Assembly: GCA_905233755.1 (NCBI GenBank)
Contig: CAJODM010000010.1
Location: forward strand, 18,823-82,822
Source of the DNA: an uncultured Ruminococcus sp.
Lineage (GTDB): Bacteria > Bacillota > Clostridia > Oscillospirales > Acutalibacteraceae
Reading direction: 5' to 3'
Length of the DNA: 64,000 nucleotides
The notes below the pieces were generated by a model that was not told the DNA's origin, ran no database searches, and worked only from the letters and a program-made list of their open reading frames with translations. The first letter of the stretch is position 1. Each line of letters starts with the position of its first letter. Position numbers and translations under genes: made by a program. Below, piece after piece: positions 36,617 through 48,640 of the stretch.

Positions 36617-39013
36617 ATGATAAGGAAATGGATATCGCTCGCGCTTGCCGTGCTCCTTCTGTTAAGCGCGGCGACCCTGCCGGCAGCGGCGTCAAACGGC
36701 GATGCTATAGCAAAACCTTCCGCTCCGCCCACCGCGGCAGAGGTAGGGGAGAGCACGATAACAGCAGTTGCCGCGACTGCCGCTTCTGCCGCCGACGATG
36801 CGGCGTGGCCCGCGATCACCTCCGTCACCCCGACGACCAAGGGCTTTGTCGTGAAGTGGAGCGCCTATACGGATGCTGCCGCATACCGGCTGTTCGTGAA
36901 GAACGGCGCGCGGTGGAAGCGCGTCGGCGATACGACCGCCCTGACCTATACCCATACGGGACTGACGGACAACACCGGCTATACCTATACCGTGCGCGCG
37001 CTGGACGAGGCGGGCGACTTTGTGAGCGGCTATGACCCCGACGGGTGGACAAAGGTCTACCACACAGCGCCGGTCATCACCGGCGTCGCCCCGTCGGGCA
37101 ACGCGCTGAAGATATCGTGGAAAGAGCTGCCCGGGGTCGACTGCTACCGCGTCTATCGCCGCAACGACGGCGTATGGACGAGCTTGGGGTTCTCTTCCTC
37201 CGGGTCGTTCACCGACAGCGACGTTGTCTCGGGCGAGAAGTACACCTACACGGTGCGCGCCTACAGCGCCGATCATAAGGAGGTGCTCAGCGCCTATGAT
37301 TCCTCGGGCGTGCGCGCGCTGTTCGTGTCCGTCCCCAAGATCAGCCGGACCGAGAGCACCGCAAACGGCGCCGTCAAGCTGACATGGACGAAGGCGAAGG
37401 GCGCGACACAGTACCGCGTCTTTGTCAAGACGGCGTCCTCGTGGAGGACGATCGGCACGACCGCGTCGCTGAGCTTTAGCTACACCGCCGCGACCGGCCG
37501 CAGCTATACCTTCACCGTCAGGGCGGTCGATGCTAAGGGCGCGTTTGTCAGCGACTATGATCGCACCGGTACGACACACCGGCACCTGCCTGCGCCCACC
37601 GTTGTATCGGTCGAGAACGTCTACGGCGGCCAGAGGGTGACGTGGAAGCAGGTCTCGGGCGCTATGAAGTACCGTATCTACTGCAAGACCGCCTCCTCCT
37701 CGTACAAGGCGATCGGCGATACCGCGTCGCTGAGCTATACCTATACGGGTGCTCAAAGCGGCACCGCCTATACCTACACCGTCAGATGCCTGTCACAGGA
37801 CGGCTCAACGCTGCAGAGCTACTTTCTAAGCGGGGTCTCGGCGCGGTACTATGCCGCCCCCGAGATCACCTCGTGCCAGAACCTGCGCTCGGGCGCGCTG
37901 ATCACATGGGGCGCGGTCGACGGGGTGTCCCGCTACCGCGTGTTTGTCAAGAGCTCCTCGTGGAAGAAGCTCGGCGACATCGACACGACGAGCTTCCTGC
38001 ATACCGGCGTATCCGATACCGCATCCTATGTCTATACGGTGCGCGCTATCGACCAAGAGGGGCGTTTCATCAGCGGGTATAACGCCTCGGGCTATCAGAA
38101 CACCTATTTTGCCGCCCCTGCGTTTACCTCGGTCACGACTGCGGCGGATCGCACCGATCTGTCGTGGGACGCGCATACGGGGGCTGCCGCCTATCGGATA
38201 TACCGCCGCACCTTCTCGGGAAAGTGGACGGCGATCGCCAAGGTGACCGGTACCGCCTATACCGATACCGACGTGCCCGCCGACGTGCCCTATCAGTACA
38301 CGCTGCGGTGTGTGGATGCTGCAAATAGCGTTGTGAGCGCGTATCTCGACGATAACCCCTACTACTATAACGGCGCAGTCGCCAACGGCAAGATCACCGT
38401 CGGCAGCAGCACCTACGCGTTCCAAAACGGCGTGCCGGTCGGCGGCTATGTCACGGCACAGGATATCATCCGCATCGCCGAAGAAGAGGTCGGCACACAG
38501 GCGAACTACTATAAGAAATGCAAGTATAACACCTGGTACTACGGCACAGAGGTATCGGGCGAGATGTACGACTGGTGCGCGGTGTTCGTCAGCTGGGTGT
38601 TCAACGAGGCGGACGCGCTCGAGCTGATCTACGGCAAGGTGGCGAACTGCGGCGTCTTCGGCGCGAACTTCTACAGCCGCGGACGGCTGGTGACCTCGGG
38701 CTATCGGGCGGGGGATATCATCTTCACCCACTGGGATGATTCGATGTCCTCCTTTGTGCCGGGGGTCAAGTCGCTCGACCATGCGGCGATCATCAAGTCC
38801 GTCAACAGCGACGGCACCTATACCACCATCGAGGGCAACGCCGGCACCGGCATCAACGGCGAGGTGATGATCCTCACCCGCACCGAAAGCCAGATCAGCT
38901 GTGCCGCCCGACCGGCATACGGATTCATCGGCACCGCGTCGACCGCGGCGCTGCCCGACCTGACCGACGGGCTGCAGAGCGCGGCTGCCGGTAGCGAGCG
39001 GGCTGCCGATTAA
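36617..39013 (+). CDS. Secreted protein with six FN3-like repeats and a C-terminal CHAP domain
   Basis: Signal peptide; six W...Y(R/K)(V/I/L).. / YTVR repeats; WCAVFVSW ... DHAAII ... TIEGN CHAP motifs. Confidence 0.82.
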   Translation: MIRKWISLALAVLLLLSAATLPAAASNGDAIAKPSAPPTAAEVGESTITAVAATAASAADDAAWPAITSVTPTTKGFVVKWSAYTDAAAYRLFVKNGARWKRVGDTTALTYTHTGLTDNTGYTYTVRALDEAGDFVSGYDPDGWTKVYHTAPVITGVAPSGNALKISWKELPGVDCYRVYRRNDGVWTSLGFSSSGSFTDSDVVSGEKYTYTVRAYSADHKEVLSAYDSSGVRALFVSVPKISRTESTANGAVKLTWTKAKGATQYRVFVKTASSWRTIGTTASLSFSYTAATGRSYTFTVRAVDAKGAFVSDYDRTGTTHRHLPAPTVVSVENVYGGQRVTWKQVSGAMKYRIYCKTASSSYKAIGDTASLSYTYTGAQSGTAYTYTVRCLSQDGSTLQSYFLSGVSARYYAAPEITSCQNLRSGALITWGAVDGVSRYRVFVKSSSWKKLGDIDTTSFLHTGVSDTASYVYTVRAIDQEGRFISGYNASGYQNTYFAAPAFTSVTTAADRTDLSWDAHTGAAAYRIYRRTFSGKWTAIAKVTGTAYTDTDVPADVPYQYTLRCVDAANSVVSAYLDDNPYYYNGAVANGKITVGSSTYAFQNGVPVGGYVTAQDIIRIAEEEVGTQANYYKKCKYNTWYYGTEVSGEMYDWCAVFVSWVFNEADALELIYGKVANCGVFGANFYSRGRLVTSGYRAGDIIFTHWDDSMSSFVPGVKSLDHAAIIKSVNSDGTYTTIEGNAGTGINGEVMILTRTESQISCAARPAYGFIGTASTAALPDLTDGLQSAAAGSERAAD

Positions 39014-39045
39014 GCCGGAACATCGACAGGAAAAGGAGATTTCAT

Positions 39046-39690
39046 ATGGAGCTAAACGAACGGATCGCAAAGGACCTTCTGGCGATACAGGCGGTGTTCT
39101 TCCGCCCCGAGGAGCCCTTTACCTGGGCGAGCGGGATCAAGAGCCCCGTCTACTGTGACAACCGTCTGACGTTGTCGGATGTCTCGGTACGCACCGATGT
39201 GGAGGAGGGGCTCGCGTCGCTCATCCGCACCCATTATCCCGACGCCGAGATGCTGATGGGTACCTCGACCGCCGGCATCGCCCACGCCGCCATCACCGCC
39301 CACCTGCTGGGGCTGCCGATGGGATATGTGCGCTCAAGCAGCAAGGACCACGGGCGGCAGAACCGGATCGAAGGCCGGTGTGACGAGGGCACGCGGGTCG
39401 TCGTGGTCGAGGACCTGATCTCGACCGGCGGCTCGGTGATCGAGGTGGTCGACGCGCTGCGCGACGCGGGGGCTGTGGTGCTCGGCGTGGTGTCGATCTT
39501 CACCTACGGGATGGCAAAGGGGCTTGCCCGACTTTCCGACGCCGGGGTGCAGAACATCTCGCTGACCGACTTTGACACCGTCGCGTCGGTCGCCGCTGCC
39601 GAGGGCTATATCGAGAGGGAGGATGTCGCGCGGCTGATCAGGTTCCGCGATCATCCCGCTGACGAGAGCTGGATAGGAGGGCAATCATGA
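39046..39690 (+). CDS. pyrE: Orotate phosphoribosyltransferase
   Basis: [26 protein letters not shown]. Confidence 0.96.
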   Translation: MELNERIAKDLLAIQAVFFRPEEPFTWASGIKSPVYCDNRLTLSDVSVRTDVEEGLASLIRTHYPDAEMLMGTSTAGIAHAAITAHLLGLPMGYVRSSSKDHGRQNRIEGRCDEGTRVVVVEDLISTGGSVIEVVDALRDAGAVVLGVVSIFTYGMAKGLARLSDAGVQNISLTDFDTVASVAAAEGYIEREDVARLIRFRDHPADESWIGGQS

Positions 39691-40610
39691 GAAGTATCAT
39701 CGACATCGTCGATCTGTCCGAGGAGGAGCTGAGAATGCTGATGGCGGTCGCCCTCGACATCATCGACCGCCCTAACGCCTATGAGGAGAGCTGTCGGCAC
39801 CGAAAGCTTGCGACCATGTTCTTCGAGCCGTCGACCCGTACACGGCTGAGCTTCGAGGCGGCGATGTATGAGCTCGGCGGCAACGTCATCTCGGTCAGCT
39901 CGTCCGATTCTTCGTCCGCCGCCAAAGGCGAGAGCGTCGCCGATACGGTGCGCACCGTGTCGTGCTATGCCGATATCATCGCCATGCGCCACCCCAAGGA
40001 GGGCGCCGCGCTGGTCGCCGCGAATTCAGCGACCGTGCCGGTCATCAACGCCGGCGACGGCGGGCATAACCACCCGACCCAGACCCTCGCCGACCTGTTC
40101 ACCATCTTCCGCGAGAAGGGACGGATGGAGAACCTCACCATCGGGCTGTGCGGCGATCTGAAGTTCGGCCGCACCGTCCACTCGCTGATCAACGCCATGT
40201 CCCGCTACAAGGGCGTGAAGTTCGTGCTGATCTCGCCCGAGGAGCTCAAGGTCCCGTCCTATGTCAAGAAGGACGTGATCCAGAAGAACACCATCCCCTA
40301 TGTCCAGACCACTGACCTGCTCAGCTATATGTCCGAGCTCGACGTCCTGTATATGACCCGCGTCCAGCGCGAGCGGTTCTTCAACGAGGAGGACTACCTG
40401 CGGCTCAAGGACAGCTATATCCTCACCCCCCAGAAGCTGCGGGGCGCCAAGCCGACGCTGTCGATCCTGCATCCGCTGCCGCGTGTCAACGAGATCAGCG
40501 TCGCGGTCGACGCGGATCCCCGCGCCTGCTACTTCAAGCAGGTAGAGAACGGCAAGTATATGCGCATGGCGCTGATCCTCAAACTGCTCAAGGAGGCGGG
40601 TACTATATGA
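39687..40610 (+). CDS. pyrB: Aspartate carbamoyltransferase catalytic subunit
   Basis: [21 protein letters not shown]. Confidence 0.97.
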   Translation: MRSIIDIVDLSEEELRMLMAVALDIIDRPNAYEESCRHRKLATMFFEPSTRTRLSFEAAMYELGGNVISVSSSDSSSAAKGESVADTVRTVSCYADIIAMRHPKEGAALVAANSATVPVINAGDGGHNHPTQTLADLFTIFREKGRMENLTIGLCGDLKFGRTVHSLINAMSRYKGVKFVLISPEELKVPSYVKKDVIQKNTIPYVQTTDLLSYMSELDVLYMTRVQRERFFNEEDYLRLKDSYILTPQKLRGAKPTLSILHPLPRVNEISVAVDADPRACYFKQVENGKYMRMALILKLLKEAGTI

Positions 40611-41029
40611 ACATTGATGCGATCCGTGACGGTATCGTCATCGACCATATCACAGCCGGACGCGGGATGCGCGTCTATGAGCTGCTGCATCTCGACGAGC
40701 TCGACTGCTCGGTCGCGATCATCAAGAACGTCAGCTCCCGCAAGATGGGACGCAAGGATATCATCAAGGTCGACGCGGATATCCCGCTGGATCTGAACGT
40801 CATCGGGTTCGTCGATCCGGGCGCGACCGTGAACGTCATCCGTCACGGCGAGCGCGCCGAGAAGCTGACGATGGATATGCCCGAACAGCTGTGCAACGTG
40901 ATCTTCTGCAAGAACCCGCGCTGCATCACCACCACCGAACAGGAGCTCGACCATGTGTTCCGCCTGACCGACCGCGAGCACAAGGTCTACCGCTGTCTCT
41001 ACTGTGAGACCAAGGCGGAGCTGTCATAA
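40607..41029 (+). CDS. pyrI: Aspartate carbamoyltransferase regulatory subunit
   Basis: [20 protein letters not shown]...CLYCE zinc motif. Confidence 0.95.
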   Translation: MNIDAIRDGIVIDHITAGRGMRVYELLHLDELDCSVAIIKNVSSRKMGRKDIIKVDADIPLDLNVIGFVDPGATVNVIRHGERAEKLTMDMPEQLCNVIFCKNPRCITTTEQELDHVFRLTDREHKVYRCLYCETKAELS

Positions 41030-41054
41030 TACTGAAGATGTGAAGGAGACTGTC

Positions 41055-42557
41055 ATGGCCAGATTTATCAACGAACCCGCCCATACCTTTAACGAATACC
41101 TCTTGATCCCCGGCTACTCGTCGTCCGAGTGTGTGCCGGCGAACGTGTCGCTCAAGACCCCGCTTGTCAAGTACCGCCGGGGTGAGCAGCCCGCCATCAC
41201 CATGAACATCCCGCTCGTGTCCGCGATCATGCAGAGCGTATCGGGCGATCGTCTGGCGGTCGCGCTGGCAACAGCCGGCGGCGTCAGCTTCATCTACGGC
41301 TCCCAGTCCGTCGAGGACGAGGCGGCGATGGTGCGCCGCGCCAAGACCTATAAGGCGGGGTTTGTGCGCTCCGACTCGAACCTCAGCCCCGACGCGACCC
41401 TATCGGATGTTATCGACATGACCCGCCGCACCGGTCACTCGACCATCGCCGTCACCTCGGACGGCACCGCCGACGGACGGCTGATGGGCGTGGTCACCTC
41501 GCGCGACTATCGCGTCAGCCGCATGGAACCGTCGCTGCGGGTCGATACCTTCATGACCCCGTTCGACAAGCTCGTCACCGCCCCCGAGGGCACCACCCTG
41601 TCTGAAGCGAACGATATCATCTGGGAGCACAAGCTCAACTCGCTGCCGATCGTGTCGGACGACGGACGGCTGTGCTACTTTGTGTTCCGCAAGGACTATG
41701 ACAGCCACAAGCAGAACCCCGACGAGCTGCTCGACGCCAACAAGCGGTATGTCGTCGGCGCGGGCATCAACACCCGCGACTATGCCGAGCGCGTTCCCGC
41801 GCTGATCGACGCGGGCGCGGATGTGCTGTGCATCGACTCGTCCGAGGGCTTCTCCGAGTGGCAGCAGCGCACCATCGCGTGGATCCGCGAGCACTACGGC
41901 GAGACGGTCAAGGTCGGCGCGGGCAACGTGGTCGACGCCGAAGGGTTCCGGTTCCTTGCCGACTGCGGCGCCGATTTTGTCAAGGTCGGCATCGGCGGCG
42001 GCTCGATCTGCATCACCCGCGAGACCAAGGGCATCGGCCGCGGCCAGGCGACCGCGCTGATCGAGGTCTGTGCCGAGCGCGACCGGTACTTTGAGGAGAC
42101 CGGCGTGTATGTCCCCGTGTGCTCCGACGGCGGTATCGTCTATGACCACCATATGACGCTGGCGCTGGCGATGGGCGCGGACTTCATCATGCTGGGGCGG
42201 TACTTCGCCCGCTTTGACGAGAGCCCGTCCAACAAGGTCAGCTTGAACGGCACCTACTACAAGGAGTACTGGGGCGAGGGCTCGGCGCGCGCGCGCAACT
42301 GGCAGCGCTACGACCTCGGCGGCGACAAGAAGCTCAGCTTCGAGGAGGGCGTCGATTCGTATGTTCCCTATGCCGGCTCGCTCAAGGACAACGTCGCGCT
42401 GTCGCTGTCCAAGATCAAGTCCACCATGTGCAACTGCGGCGCGCTGAACATCCGCGAGCTGCAGCACAAGGCAAAGCTCACCCTCGTGTCCGCCACCTCG
42501 ATCGTCGAGGGCGGCGCCCACGACGTCATCCAAAAGGACAAGAGCCCTGTCAAGTAA
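41055..42557 (+). CDS. guaB: IMP dehydrogenase with CBS domains
   Basis: [36 protein letters not shown]. Confidence 0.92.
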   Translation: MARFINEPAHTFNEYLLIPGYSSSECVPANVSLKTPLVKYRRGEQPAITMNIPLVSAIMQSVSGDRLAVALATAGGVSFIYGSQSVEDEAAMVRRAKTYKAGFVRSDSNLSPDATLSDVIDMTRRTGHSTIAVTSDGTADGRLMGVVTSRDYRVSRMEPSLRVDTFMTPFDKLVTAPEGTTLSEANDIIWEHKLNSLPIVSDDGRLCYFVFRKDYDSHKQNPDELLDANKRYVVGAGINTRDYAERVPALIDAGADVLCIDSSEGFSEWQQRTIAWIREHYGETVKVGAGNVVDAEGFRFLADCGADFVKVGIGGGSICITRETKGIGRGQATALIEVCAERDRYFEETGVYVPVCSDGGIVYDHHMTLALAMGADFIMLGRYFARFDESPSNKVSLNGTYYKEYWGEGSARARNWQRYDLGGDKKLSFEEGVDSYVPYAGSLKDNVALSLSKIKSTMCNCGALNIRELQHKAKLTLVSATSIVEGGAHDVIQKDKSPVK

Positions 42558-42686
42558 CCGCCAACCACAATATCTGGTGGTATCCGGCATATCATCCACT
42601 ATTCGCCTCGATTCTTTGTGCAATATTACCAAAAAGCCCCCGAATAGAGCAGAAAATTTCTACAGAGGAAAATCCTCCTCATCTGC

Positions 42687-42715
42687 TTGCAATTTCGGGG
42701 GTATTATTGTATAAT
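42687..42715 (+). promoter_or_regulatory. sigmaA promoter of S10 operon
   Basis: TTGCAA-N17-TATAAT. Confidence 0.85.
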
Positions 42716-42742
42716 GTCATTTGCGTGACTGCACACTGATAT

Positions 42743-42923
42743 GCGATGAAGCGGGAGGTTGCAACGCGAGAGCGTTGGTTTTTCCGTGGAGTATGTCCGA
42801 TTTCAAACCGGGCGAAAGAATAGTTGGAGTTCACACGGCCGGCGGGTTTCCGCCACCGGGTTGCTATGGCCGTACTGCGCTCCGTCCGCTTCCGGTTGCC
42901 GCTCAGCGGCCATCGGGTTTTTT
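42743..42923 (+). ncRNA. rpsJ (S10) leader RNA with internal terminator-like hairpin
   Basis: GCGATGAAG.G.GAGGTTGC...TTCCGTGGAG resembles the Firmicute rpsJ leader; GAGA tetraloop; hairpin 42892-42916 followed by T6. Confidence 0.65.
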
Positions 42924-43009
42924 AATGGACAGGGTGGGAACACCCGACGCGGTGGATGAAAATTCAACTAGTACTAGCGCGCGACTAACATTATTTAGGA
43001 GGCGAAGAT

Positions 43010-43321
43010 ATGGCAGTCAAGGAAAAAATCAGAATCAGGATCAAGGGCTACGATCACCAGCTGGTCGACCAGTCTGCGGAGCGCATCGTCGCTACCGCCA
43101 AGCGCACCGGCGCGAGGGTTTCGGGTCCCGTCCCGCTCCCGACCGAGAAGCAGATCGTGACGATCCTGCGCGCTGTCCACAAGTACAAGGACAGCCGCGA
43201 ACAGTTCGAGATGCGCACCCACAAGCGCCTCATCGACATCCTAAGACCGTCCAACAAGACAGTCGAAGCTCTCACGAGCTTAGAGCTCCCTGCCGGCGTT
43301 GAGATCGAGATCAAGCTGTAA
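43010..43321 (+). CDS. rpsJ: 30S ribosomal protein S10
   Basis: [28 protein letters not shown]. Confidence 0.98.
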   Translation: MAVKEKIRIRIKGYDHQLVDQSAERIVATAKRTGARVSGPVPLPTEKQIVTILRAVHKYKDSREQFEMRTHKRLIDILRPSNKTVEALTSLELPAGVEIEIKL

Positions 43322-43418
43322 TCGGTACTATACCTATTATATACTCGTCCCAACCTACCACGCAGACAGGGTCACGTCGGCACTGCCGACCAATAACCTA
43401 CAAGGAGGATATTAAAGA

Positions 43419-44051
43419 ATGCAGAAAGCATTGATCGGTAAGAAGATCGGTATGACACAGATCTTCGACGAGAAGGGGAAGGTTGTCCCCGTCACCGTCA
43501 TCGAGGCGGGTCCGTGCGTCGTATCGCAGAAGAAGACCCCCGAGACCGACGGATATGAGGCCGTCCAGTTCGGCTTCGGCGACATTAAGCCCAAGCACGT
43601 GACCAAGCCCCTGGCGGGTCACTTCAAGAAGGCGGACGTCGCCCCCAAGCGCATCCTGAAGGAATTCAGATTTGATGACTGCTCTGCCTATGAGCTGGGC
43701 GCCATCGTGAAAGCAGACATTTTCGAGAACGGCAACAAGGTTGACGTTACCGGCAAGAGCAAGGGTAAGGGCTACGCCGGCGTGATCAAGCGCTGGAACT
43801 TCGGTCGCCTGAAGGAATCCCACGGTTCGGGTCCGGTCGCGCGTCACGGCGGCTCCATGGGCGCCTGCTCCTCTCCCTCCCGCGTATGGAAGGGCAAGAA
43901 GATGGCGGGTCACCTCGGCGCCGAGCGTGTTACCGTCCAGAATCTCACCGTTGTGAAGGTCGACGCCGAGAACAACCTCCTTGCGATCAAGGGTGCTGTT
44001 CCGGGCCCCAACGGCGGCTACGTTGTCGTCAAAGACAGCGTGAAGGCGTAA
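43419..44051 (+). CDS. rplC: 50S ribosomal protein L3
   Basis: [19 protein letters not shown]. Confidence 0.98.
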   Translation: MQKALIGKKIGMTQIFDEKGKVVPVTVIEAGPCVVSQKKTPETDGYEAVQFGFGDIKPKHVTKPLAGHFKKADVAPKRILKEFRFDDCSAYELGAIVKADIFENGNKVDVTGKSKGKGYAGVIKRWNFGRLKESHGSGPVARHGGSMGACSSPSRVWKGKKMAGHLGAERVTVQNLTVVKVDAENNLLAIKGAVPGPNGGYVVVKDSVKA

Positions 44052-44067
44052 GGAAGGAGGAACGAAT

Positions 44068-44691
44068 ATGCCTAATGTACAGGTAGTTGATATGAAGGGC
44101 GCCAAGGTCGGCTCGGTCGATCTGTCGGATGCCGTCTTCGGCATCGAGCCCAACGCGGCTGTCATGCACCAGATGGTCGTTTCTTACCTTGCCAGCCAGC
44201 GCCAGGGTACCCAGTCCGCGCTGACCCGCTCCGAGGTCTCCGGCGGCGGCAGAAAGCCCTGGAGACAGAAGGGCACCGGCCGTGCCCGTCAGGGCTCGAC
44301 CCGCGCGCCCCAGTGGTATCACGGCGGCGTCGTGTTCGCCCCCAAGCCCCGCGACTATCGCTTCTCGGTGAACAAGAAGGTTCGCCGCCTGGCGATGAAG
44401 AGCGCGTTCTCCGCGAAGGCAGCCGATAACGAGATCATCGTCATCGACGCGATCTCGCTCGATCAGATCAAGACCGCGAAGATGGTCGAGATGCTCGCCG
44501 CTGTCGGCAGCGAGAAGAAGGCGCTGATCGTCCTTCCCACCGTTGACGAGAAGGTCATCAAGTCCGCCCGCAACATCCCCGGCGTCAAGACCGCCCAGGT
44601 CAACGAGCTCAACGTCTATGACATCCTGAACTGCGGCTCGCTGATCATCGCCAAGGACGCCCTGTCGAAGATCGAGGAGGTGTACGCATGA
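44068..44691 (+). CDS. rplD: 50S ribosomal protein L4
   Basis: [15 protein letters not shown]. Confidence 0.98.
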   Translation: MPNVQVVDMKGAKVGSVDLSDAVFGIEPNAAVMHQMVVSYLASQRQGTQSALTRSEVSGGGRKPWRQKGTGRARQGSTRAPQWYHGGVVFAPKPRDYRFSVNKKVRRLAMKSAFSAKAADNEIIVIDAISLDQIKTAKMVEMLAAVGSEKKALIVLPTVDEKVIKSARNIPGVKTAQVNELNVYDILNCGSLIIAKDALSKIEEVYA

Positions 44692-44978
44692 TCGCCCAGG
44701 ACATCATTATCCGCCCCATCATCACCGAGAAGGGGATGCAGGACATCGTATCGAAGAAGTACGTCTTCGAGGTAGCCAAGTCCGCCACCAAGATCGACGT
44801 CAAGCGCGCGATCGAGGCGCTCTTCAAGGTCAAGGTGCAGAAGGTCACCACCGTGCATGTGCGCGGCCAGCTGCGCCGTCAGGGCCGCAACGAGGGCTAC
44901 ACCCGCTCGTGGAAGAAAGCGTACGTTCAGCTCACCGCTGATTCGAAGCCGATAGAATTTTTTGAAGGCATGATGTAA
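44688..44978 (+). CDS. rplW: 50S ribosomal protein L23
   Basis: RPIITEK, WKKAYV. Confidence 0.97.
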   Translation: MIAQDIIIRPIITEKGMQDIVSKKYVFEVAKSATKIDVKRAIEALFKVKVQKVTTVHVRGQLRRQGRNEGYTRSWKKAYVQLTADSKPIEFFEGMM

Positions 44979-45090
44979 GGCCTGTGCCCGCCCGCGCTGT
45001 GGGCGAGGACCGCTGACATCTACTGCACAGGCAGGAATGTATGGGATGTGCCATCATCCCGCAAAGCCATCATGAGGAGAGTGAAGTAAA

Positions 45091-45924
45091 ATGGCTATCA
45101 AAGTTTACAAGCCGACAACCAATGCTCGTCGCAACATGTCGGTCACGGACTACTCCGGACTCTCAAAGGTCGCTCCCGAGAAGAGCTTGCTCACCCCGCT
45201 GAAGAAGAACTCGGGCCGTAACAGTTACGGCCGCATCACGGTTCGTCATCGCGGCGGCGGCAACCGGAGAAAGTACCGTATCATTGATTTCAAGAGACAG
45301 AAGTTCGATGTTGAGGGCACCGTCCTCACACTCGAGTACGATCCCAACCGCTCGGCGTTCATCGCGCTTGTCGAGTACACCGACGGCGAGAAGGCGTACA
45401 TCATCGCCCCCCAGGGGCTGAAGGTCGGCGACAAGATCATCGCCGGCGACGCTGCCGATATCAAGCCCGGCAACGCCCTGCCGCTGAGGTCCATCCCCAC
45501 CGGTACCTTCGTGCACAACGTCGAGCTGTACCCCGGCCGCGGCGCCCAGCTGGCGCGTGCCGCCGGCAACATGGCGCAGCTGATGGCGAAGGAGAACGGG
45601 CTGGCGCTGCTGCGGCTGCCGTCCGGCGAGCTGCGCAACGTCCCCGACGCCTGTATGGCGACGATCGGCCAGGTCGGCAACATCGACCACGAGAACGTCA
45701 AGATCGGTAAGGCCGGCCGCAAGCGCAACATGGGCATCCGCCCGACCGTCCGCGGCTCTGTCATGAACCCGAACGACCACCCCCACGGCGGCGGTGAGGG
45801 TAAGTCCCCTGTCGGCCGTCCCGGGCCTGTGACCCCTTGGGGCAAGCCCGCGCTCGGTTACAAGACCCGCAAGCATCACAAGGCGTCCGATAAGATGATC
45901 GTCCGCCGCAGGAACAGCAAGTAA
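45091..45924 (+). CDS. rplB: 50S ribosomal protein L2
   Basis: [21 protein letters not shown]. Confidence 0.98.
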   Translation: MAIKVYKPTTNARRNMSVTDYSGLSKVAPEKSLLTPLKKNSGRNSYGRITVRHRGGGNRRKYRIIDFKRQKFDVEGTVLTLEYDPNRSAFIALVEYTDGEKAYIIAPQGLKVGDKIIAGDAADIKPGNALPLRSIPTGTFVHNVELYPGRGAQLARAAGNMAQLMAKENGLALLRLPSGELRNVPDACMATIGQVGNIDHENVKIGKAGRKRNMGIRPTVRGSVMNPNDHPHGGGEGKSPVGRPGPVTPWGKPALGYKTRKHHKASDKMIVRRRNSK

Positions 45925-45948
45925 GGCAGAAAGAGAGGAACTTGACTT

Positions 45949-46221
45949 ATGAGTAGAAGTACGAAAAAAGGGCCTTTTGTTCAGCCGGCGCTGCTCAAGA
46001 GGGTCCAGGAGATGAACGCCTCCGGTGAGAAGAGGATTCTGAAGACCTGGTCACGGTCATCGACCATCTTCCCCGAATTTGTAGGGCATACGTTTGCCGT
46101 TCACGACGGCAGAAAGCATGTTCCGGTATATGTCACCGAGGATATGGTCGGTCACAAGCTCGGCGAGTTTGCCCCGACCCGCACCTTCCGCGGTCACGCC
46201 GGCTCTAAGACTAGTAAGTAA
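45949..46221 (+). CDS. rpsS: 30S ribosomal protein S19
   Basis: [17 protein letters not shown]. Confidence 0.98.
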   Translation: MSRSTKKGPFVQPALLKRVQEMNASGEKRILKTWSRSSTIFPEFVGHTFAVHDGRKHVPVYVTEDMVGHKLGEFAPTRTFRGHAGSKTSK

Positions 46222-46241
46222 GGCAAAGGAGAGTTCTAAAG

Positions 46242-46577
46242 ATGGAAAGCAAGGCATATTTGAACTATGTCCGCATCTCGCCCAGAAAGGTGTCCGTTGT
46301 CCTGGATCTCATCCGCGGCAAGGACGTCAAGCTGGCGCGTGCGATTCTTGAGCAGACTCCCAAGGCCGCTTGCGAGCCGCTGTTAAAGCTGCTCAAGTCC
46401 GCCGTTGCGAACGCCGAGAACAACCACGATATGGATGTGGCCAGCTTGTACGTTGCGTCCTGCAGCGTCGGCCAGGGTCCCACACTCAAGCGTATCCGCC
46501 CGAGAGCACAGGGCAGGGCCTTCCGCATCGACAAGAAGACCTCGCACATCACCCTGGTGCTGAAGGAAAGAGAATAA
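46242..46577 (+). CDS. rplV: 50S ribosomal protein L22
   Basis: RISPRK, PRAQGRA. Confidence 0.98.
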   Translation: MESKAYLNYVRISPRKVSVVLDLIRGKDVKLARAILEQTPKAACEPLLKLLKSAVANAENNHDMDVASLYVASCSVGQGPTLKRIRPRAQGRAFRIDKKTSHITLVLKERE

Positions 46578-46589
46578 GGAGGTAGAGCT

Positions 46590-47351
46590 ATGGGACAGAA
46601 AGTTAATCCGCACGGCCTGCGTGTCGGCATCATCAAAGACTGGGATTCCCGCTGGTATGCTGAGAAGAAGGACTTCGGCGACACCCTCGTCGAGGACTAT
46701 CACCTCAGAAAAGACCTCAAAAAGCAGCTCTACGCTGCCGGTATCCCCAAGATCGAGATCGAGAGAAGCAACGACAAGGTCCGCCTGCACATCCACTGTG
46801 CAAAGCCCGGTATGATCATCGGCAAGGGCGGCGCCGAGATCGAGAAGCTCCGCCAGCAGTGCGAGAAGCGCCTCAACAAACCCGTTGCCATCAATATCAT
46901 CGAAGTCCGCAACCCTGACCTGAACGCCCAGCTCGTCGCCGAGTCCATCGCCTCGCAGCTCGAGAGAAGAATCTCGTTCCGCCGCGCGATGAAGCAGTCG
47001 ATCGGCAGAGCGATGCGTTTCGGCGCCAAGGGTATCAAGATCCAGTGCTCCGGCCGTCTCGCCGGCGCCGAGATCGCCCGCTCCGAGCAGTACCACGAGG
47101 GCACTATCCCGCTGCAGACGCTGCGCGCCGACATCGACTACGGCTTTGCCGAGGCGACCACCACCTACGGCAAGATCGGCGTCAAGGTATGGCTGTACCG
47201 CGGCGAGGTGCTGCATGAGAGCAACGGTGCCTCTCGCAGAGAGCGCCGCGATCGCTCAGATCGCCGCGACCGCCGCGACCGTCGTGACCGCCGTGAAGGC
47301 GGCGACCGTCGTCCCGATCGCAGACCCCGCAGGGAAGGAGGCAGAAAATAA
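46590..47351 (+). CDS. rpsC: 30S ribosomal protein S3 with Arg/Asp-rich C-terminal tail
   Basis: [23 protein letters not shown]. Confidence 0.98.
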   Translation: MGQKVNPHGLRVGIIKDWDSRWYAEKKDFGDTLVEDYHLRKDLKKQLYAAGIPKIEIERSNDKVRLHIHCAKPGMIIGKGGAEIEKLRQQCEKRLNKPVAINIIEVRNPDLNAQLVAESIASQLERRISFRRAMKQSIGRAMRFGAKGIKIQCSGRLAGAEIARSEQYHEGTIPLQTLRADIDYGFAEATTTYGKIGVKVWLYRGEVLHESNGASRRERRDRSDRRDRRDRRDRREGGDRRPDRRPRREGGRK

Positions 47352-47767
47352 TGCTGATGCCCAAACGTGTGAAGTACAGAAGAGTCCACAGAGGCAGAAT
47401 GACCGGTCGTGCGCTGCGCGGCAACACGGTCACGTACGGCGACTACGGACTTCAGGCATTAGAACCCGCCTGGATCACCTCTAACCAGATCGAAGCAGCC
47501 CGTGTCGCCATGACCCGTTACTGCAAGCGTTTCGGTAAGGTCTGGATCAAGATCTTTCCCGATAAGCCCGTCACCGCCAAGCCCGCCGAGACCCGCATGG
47601 GCTCCGGTAAGGGCTCGCCCGAGTACTGGGTAGCTGTCGTCAAGCCCGACCGCGTGATGTTCGAGATCGCCGGTGTCCCCGAGGAGACCGCGCGCGAAGC
47701 CATGCGTCTTGCCGCCGCGAAGCTGCCGATCAAGTGCAAGTTCGTCAAGAAGGAAGAGGAGGTTTGA
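47351..47767 (+). CDS. rplP: 50S ribosomal protein L16
   Basis: [12 protein letters not shown]. Confidence 0.98.
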   Translation: MLMPKRVKYRRVHRGRMTGRALRGNTVTYGDYGLQALEPAWITSNQIEAARVAMTRYCKRFGKVWIKIFPDKPVTAKPAETRMGSGKGSPEYWVAVVKPDRVMFEIAGVPEETAREAMRLAAAKLPIKCKFVKKEEEV

Positions 47768-47772
47768 GCGCT

Positions 47773-47967
47773 ATGACTGCCAAAGAACTCAGAGAACTGT
47801 CAGAGAACGAGCTAGAGCTCAAGCTTCGCGACCTTAAGGAAGAGCTCTTTAATCTTCGCTTCCAGCTTGCTATCAACCAGCTCGACAACCCCATGCGGAT
47901 TTCCGCAGTGAAGAGAGACATCGCGCGCGTCTCGACCGTGATGCGCGAGATGCAGGACGAAGCATAA
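47773..47967 (+). CDS. rpmC: 50S ribosomal protein L29
   Basis: [11 protein letters not shown]; ATG 47773. Confidence 0.96.
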   Translation: MTAKELRELSENELELKLRDLKEELFNLRFQLAINQLDNPMRISAVKRDIARVSTVMREMQDEA

Positions 47968-47978
47968 GGAGGTAGCAC

Positions 47979-48236
47979 ATGAGCGAGAGAAATATGAGAA
48001 AGACCCTGATCGGCCGCGTGGCCTCCGACAAGATGGACAAGACCGTCGTCGTCGCCATCGAGGACAGCGTCAAGCATAAGCTGTACAACAAGGTCATCAA
48101 GCGCACCATCCGCGTCAAGGCACACGATGAGAACAACGAGTGCCGCACGGGCGACCGCGTCCGCATCATGGAGACGCGCCCGCTCTCGAAGGACAAGAGA
48201 TGGCGCCTCGTCGAGATCATCGAGAAGGCAAAGTAA
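47979..48236 (+). CDS. rpsQ: 30S ribosomal protein S17
   Basis: [17 protein letters not shown]. Confidence 0.98.
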   Translation: MSERNMRKTLIGRVASDKMDKTVVVAIEDSVKHKLYNKVIKRTIRVKAHDENNECRTGDRVRIMETRPLSKDKRWRLVEIIEKAK

Positions 48237-48255
48237 GTTCAAAGGAGATTAGATT

Positions 48256-48624
48256 ATGATTCAACAGCAGACTTTTCTCAAGGTTGCCGACAACACCGGC
48301 GCAAAGGAACTTATGTGCATTCGTGTTCTCGGCGGTACCAGGAGAAGATACGCCAACATCGGCGATGTCATCGTTGCCTCCGTCAAGAAGGCAGCTCCGG
48401 GCGGCGTCGTCAAGAAGGGTGAGGTTGTCCGCGCGGTCGTCGTTCGCTCTGCCAAGGGCGTTCGCCGCGACGACGGCACCTATATCCGCTTTGACGAGAA
48501 CGCCGCAGTTATCATCAAGGAAGATAAGAACCCCCGCGGGACTCGTATCTTCGGACCCGTTGCCAGAGAGCTTCGTGACAAGGATTACATGAAGATCCTC
48601 TCCCTGGCTCCGGAAGTACTCTGA
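48256..48624 (+). CDS. rplN: 50S ribosomal protein L14
   Basis: [15 protein letters not shown]. Confidence 0.98.
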   Translation: MIQQQTFLKVADNTGAKELMCIRVLGGTRRRYANIGDVIVASVKKAAPGGVVKKGEVVRAVVVRSAKGVRRDDGTYIRFDENAAVIIKEDKNPRGTRIFGPVARELRDKDYMKILSLAPEVL

Positions 48625-48640
48625 TGGAGGTGTGCTAGTT

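Noticed and set aside
47230-47340. Short tandem repeats encoding the RD-rich tail of S3
   Set aside because: Charged low-complexity S3 tails are common and explained by the protein
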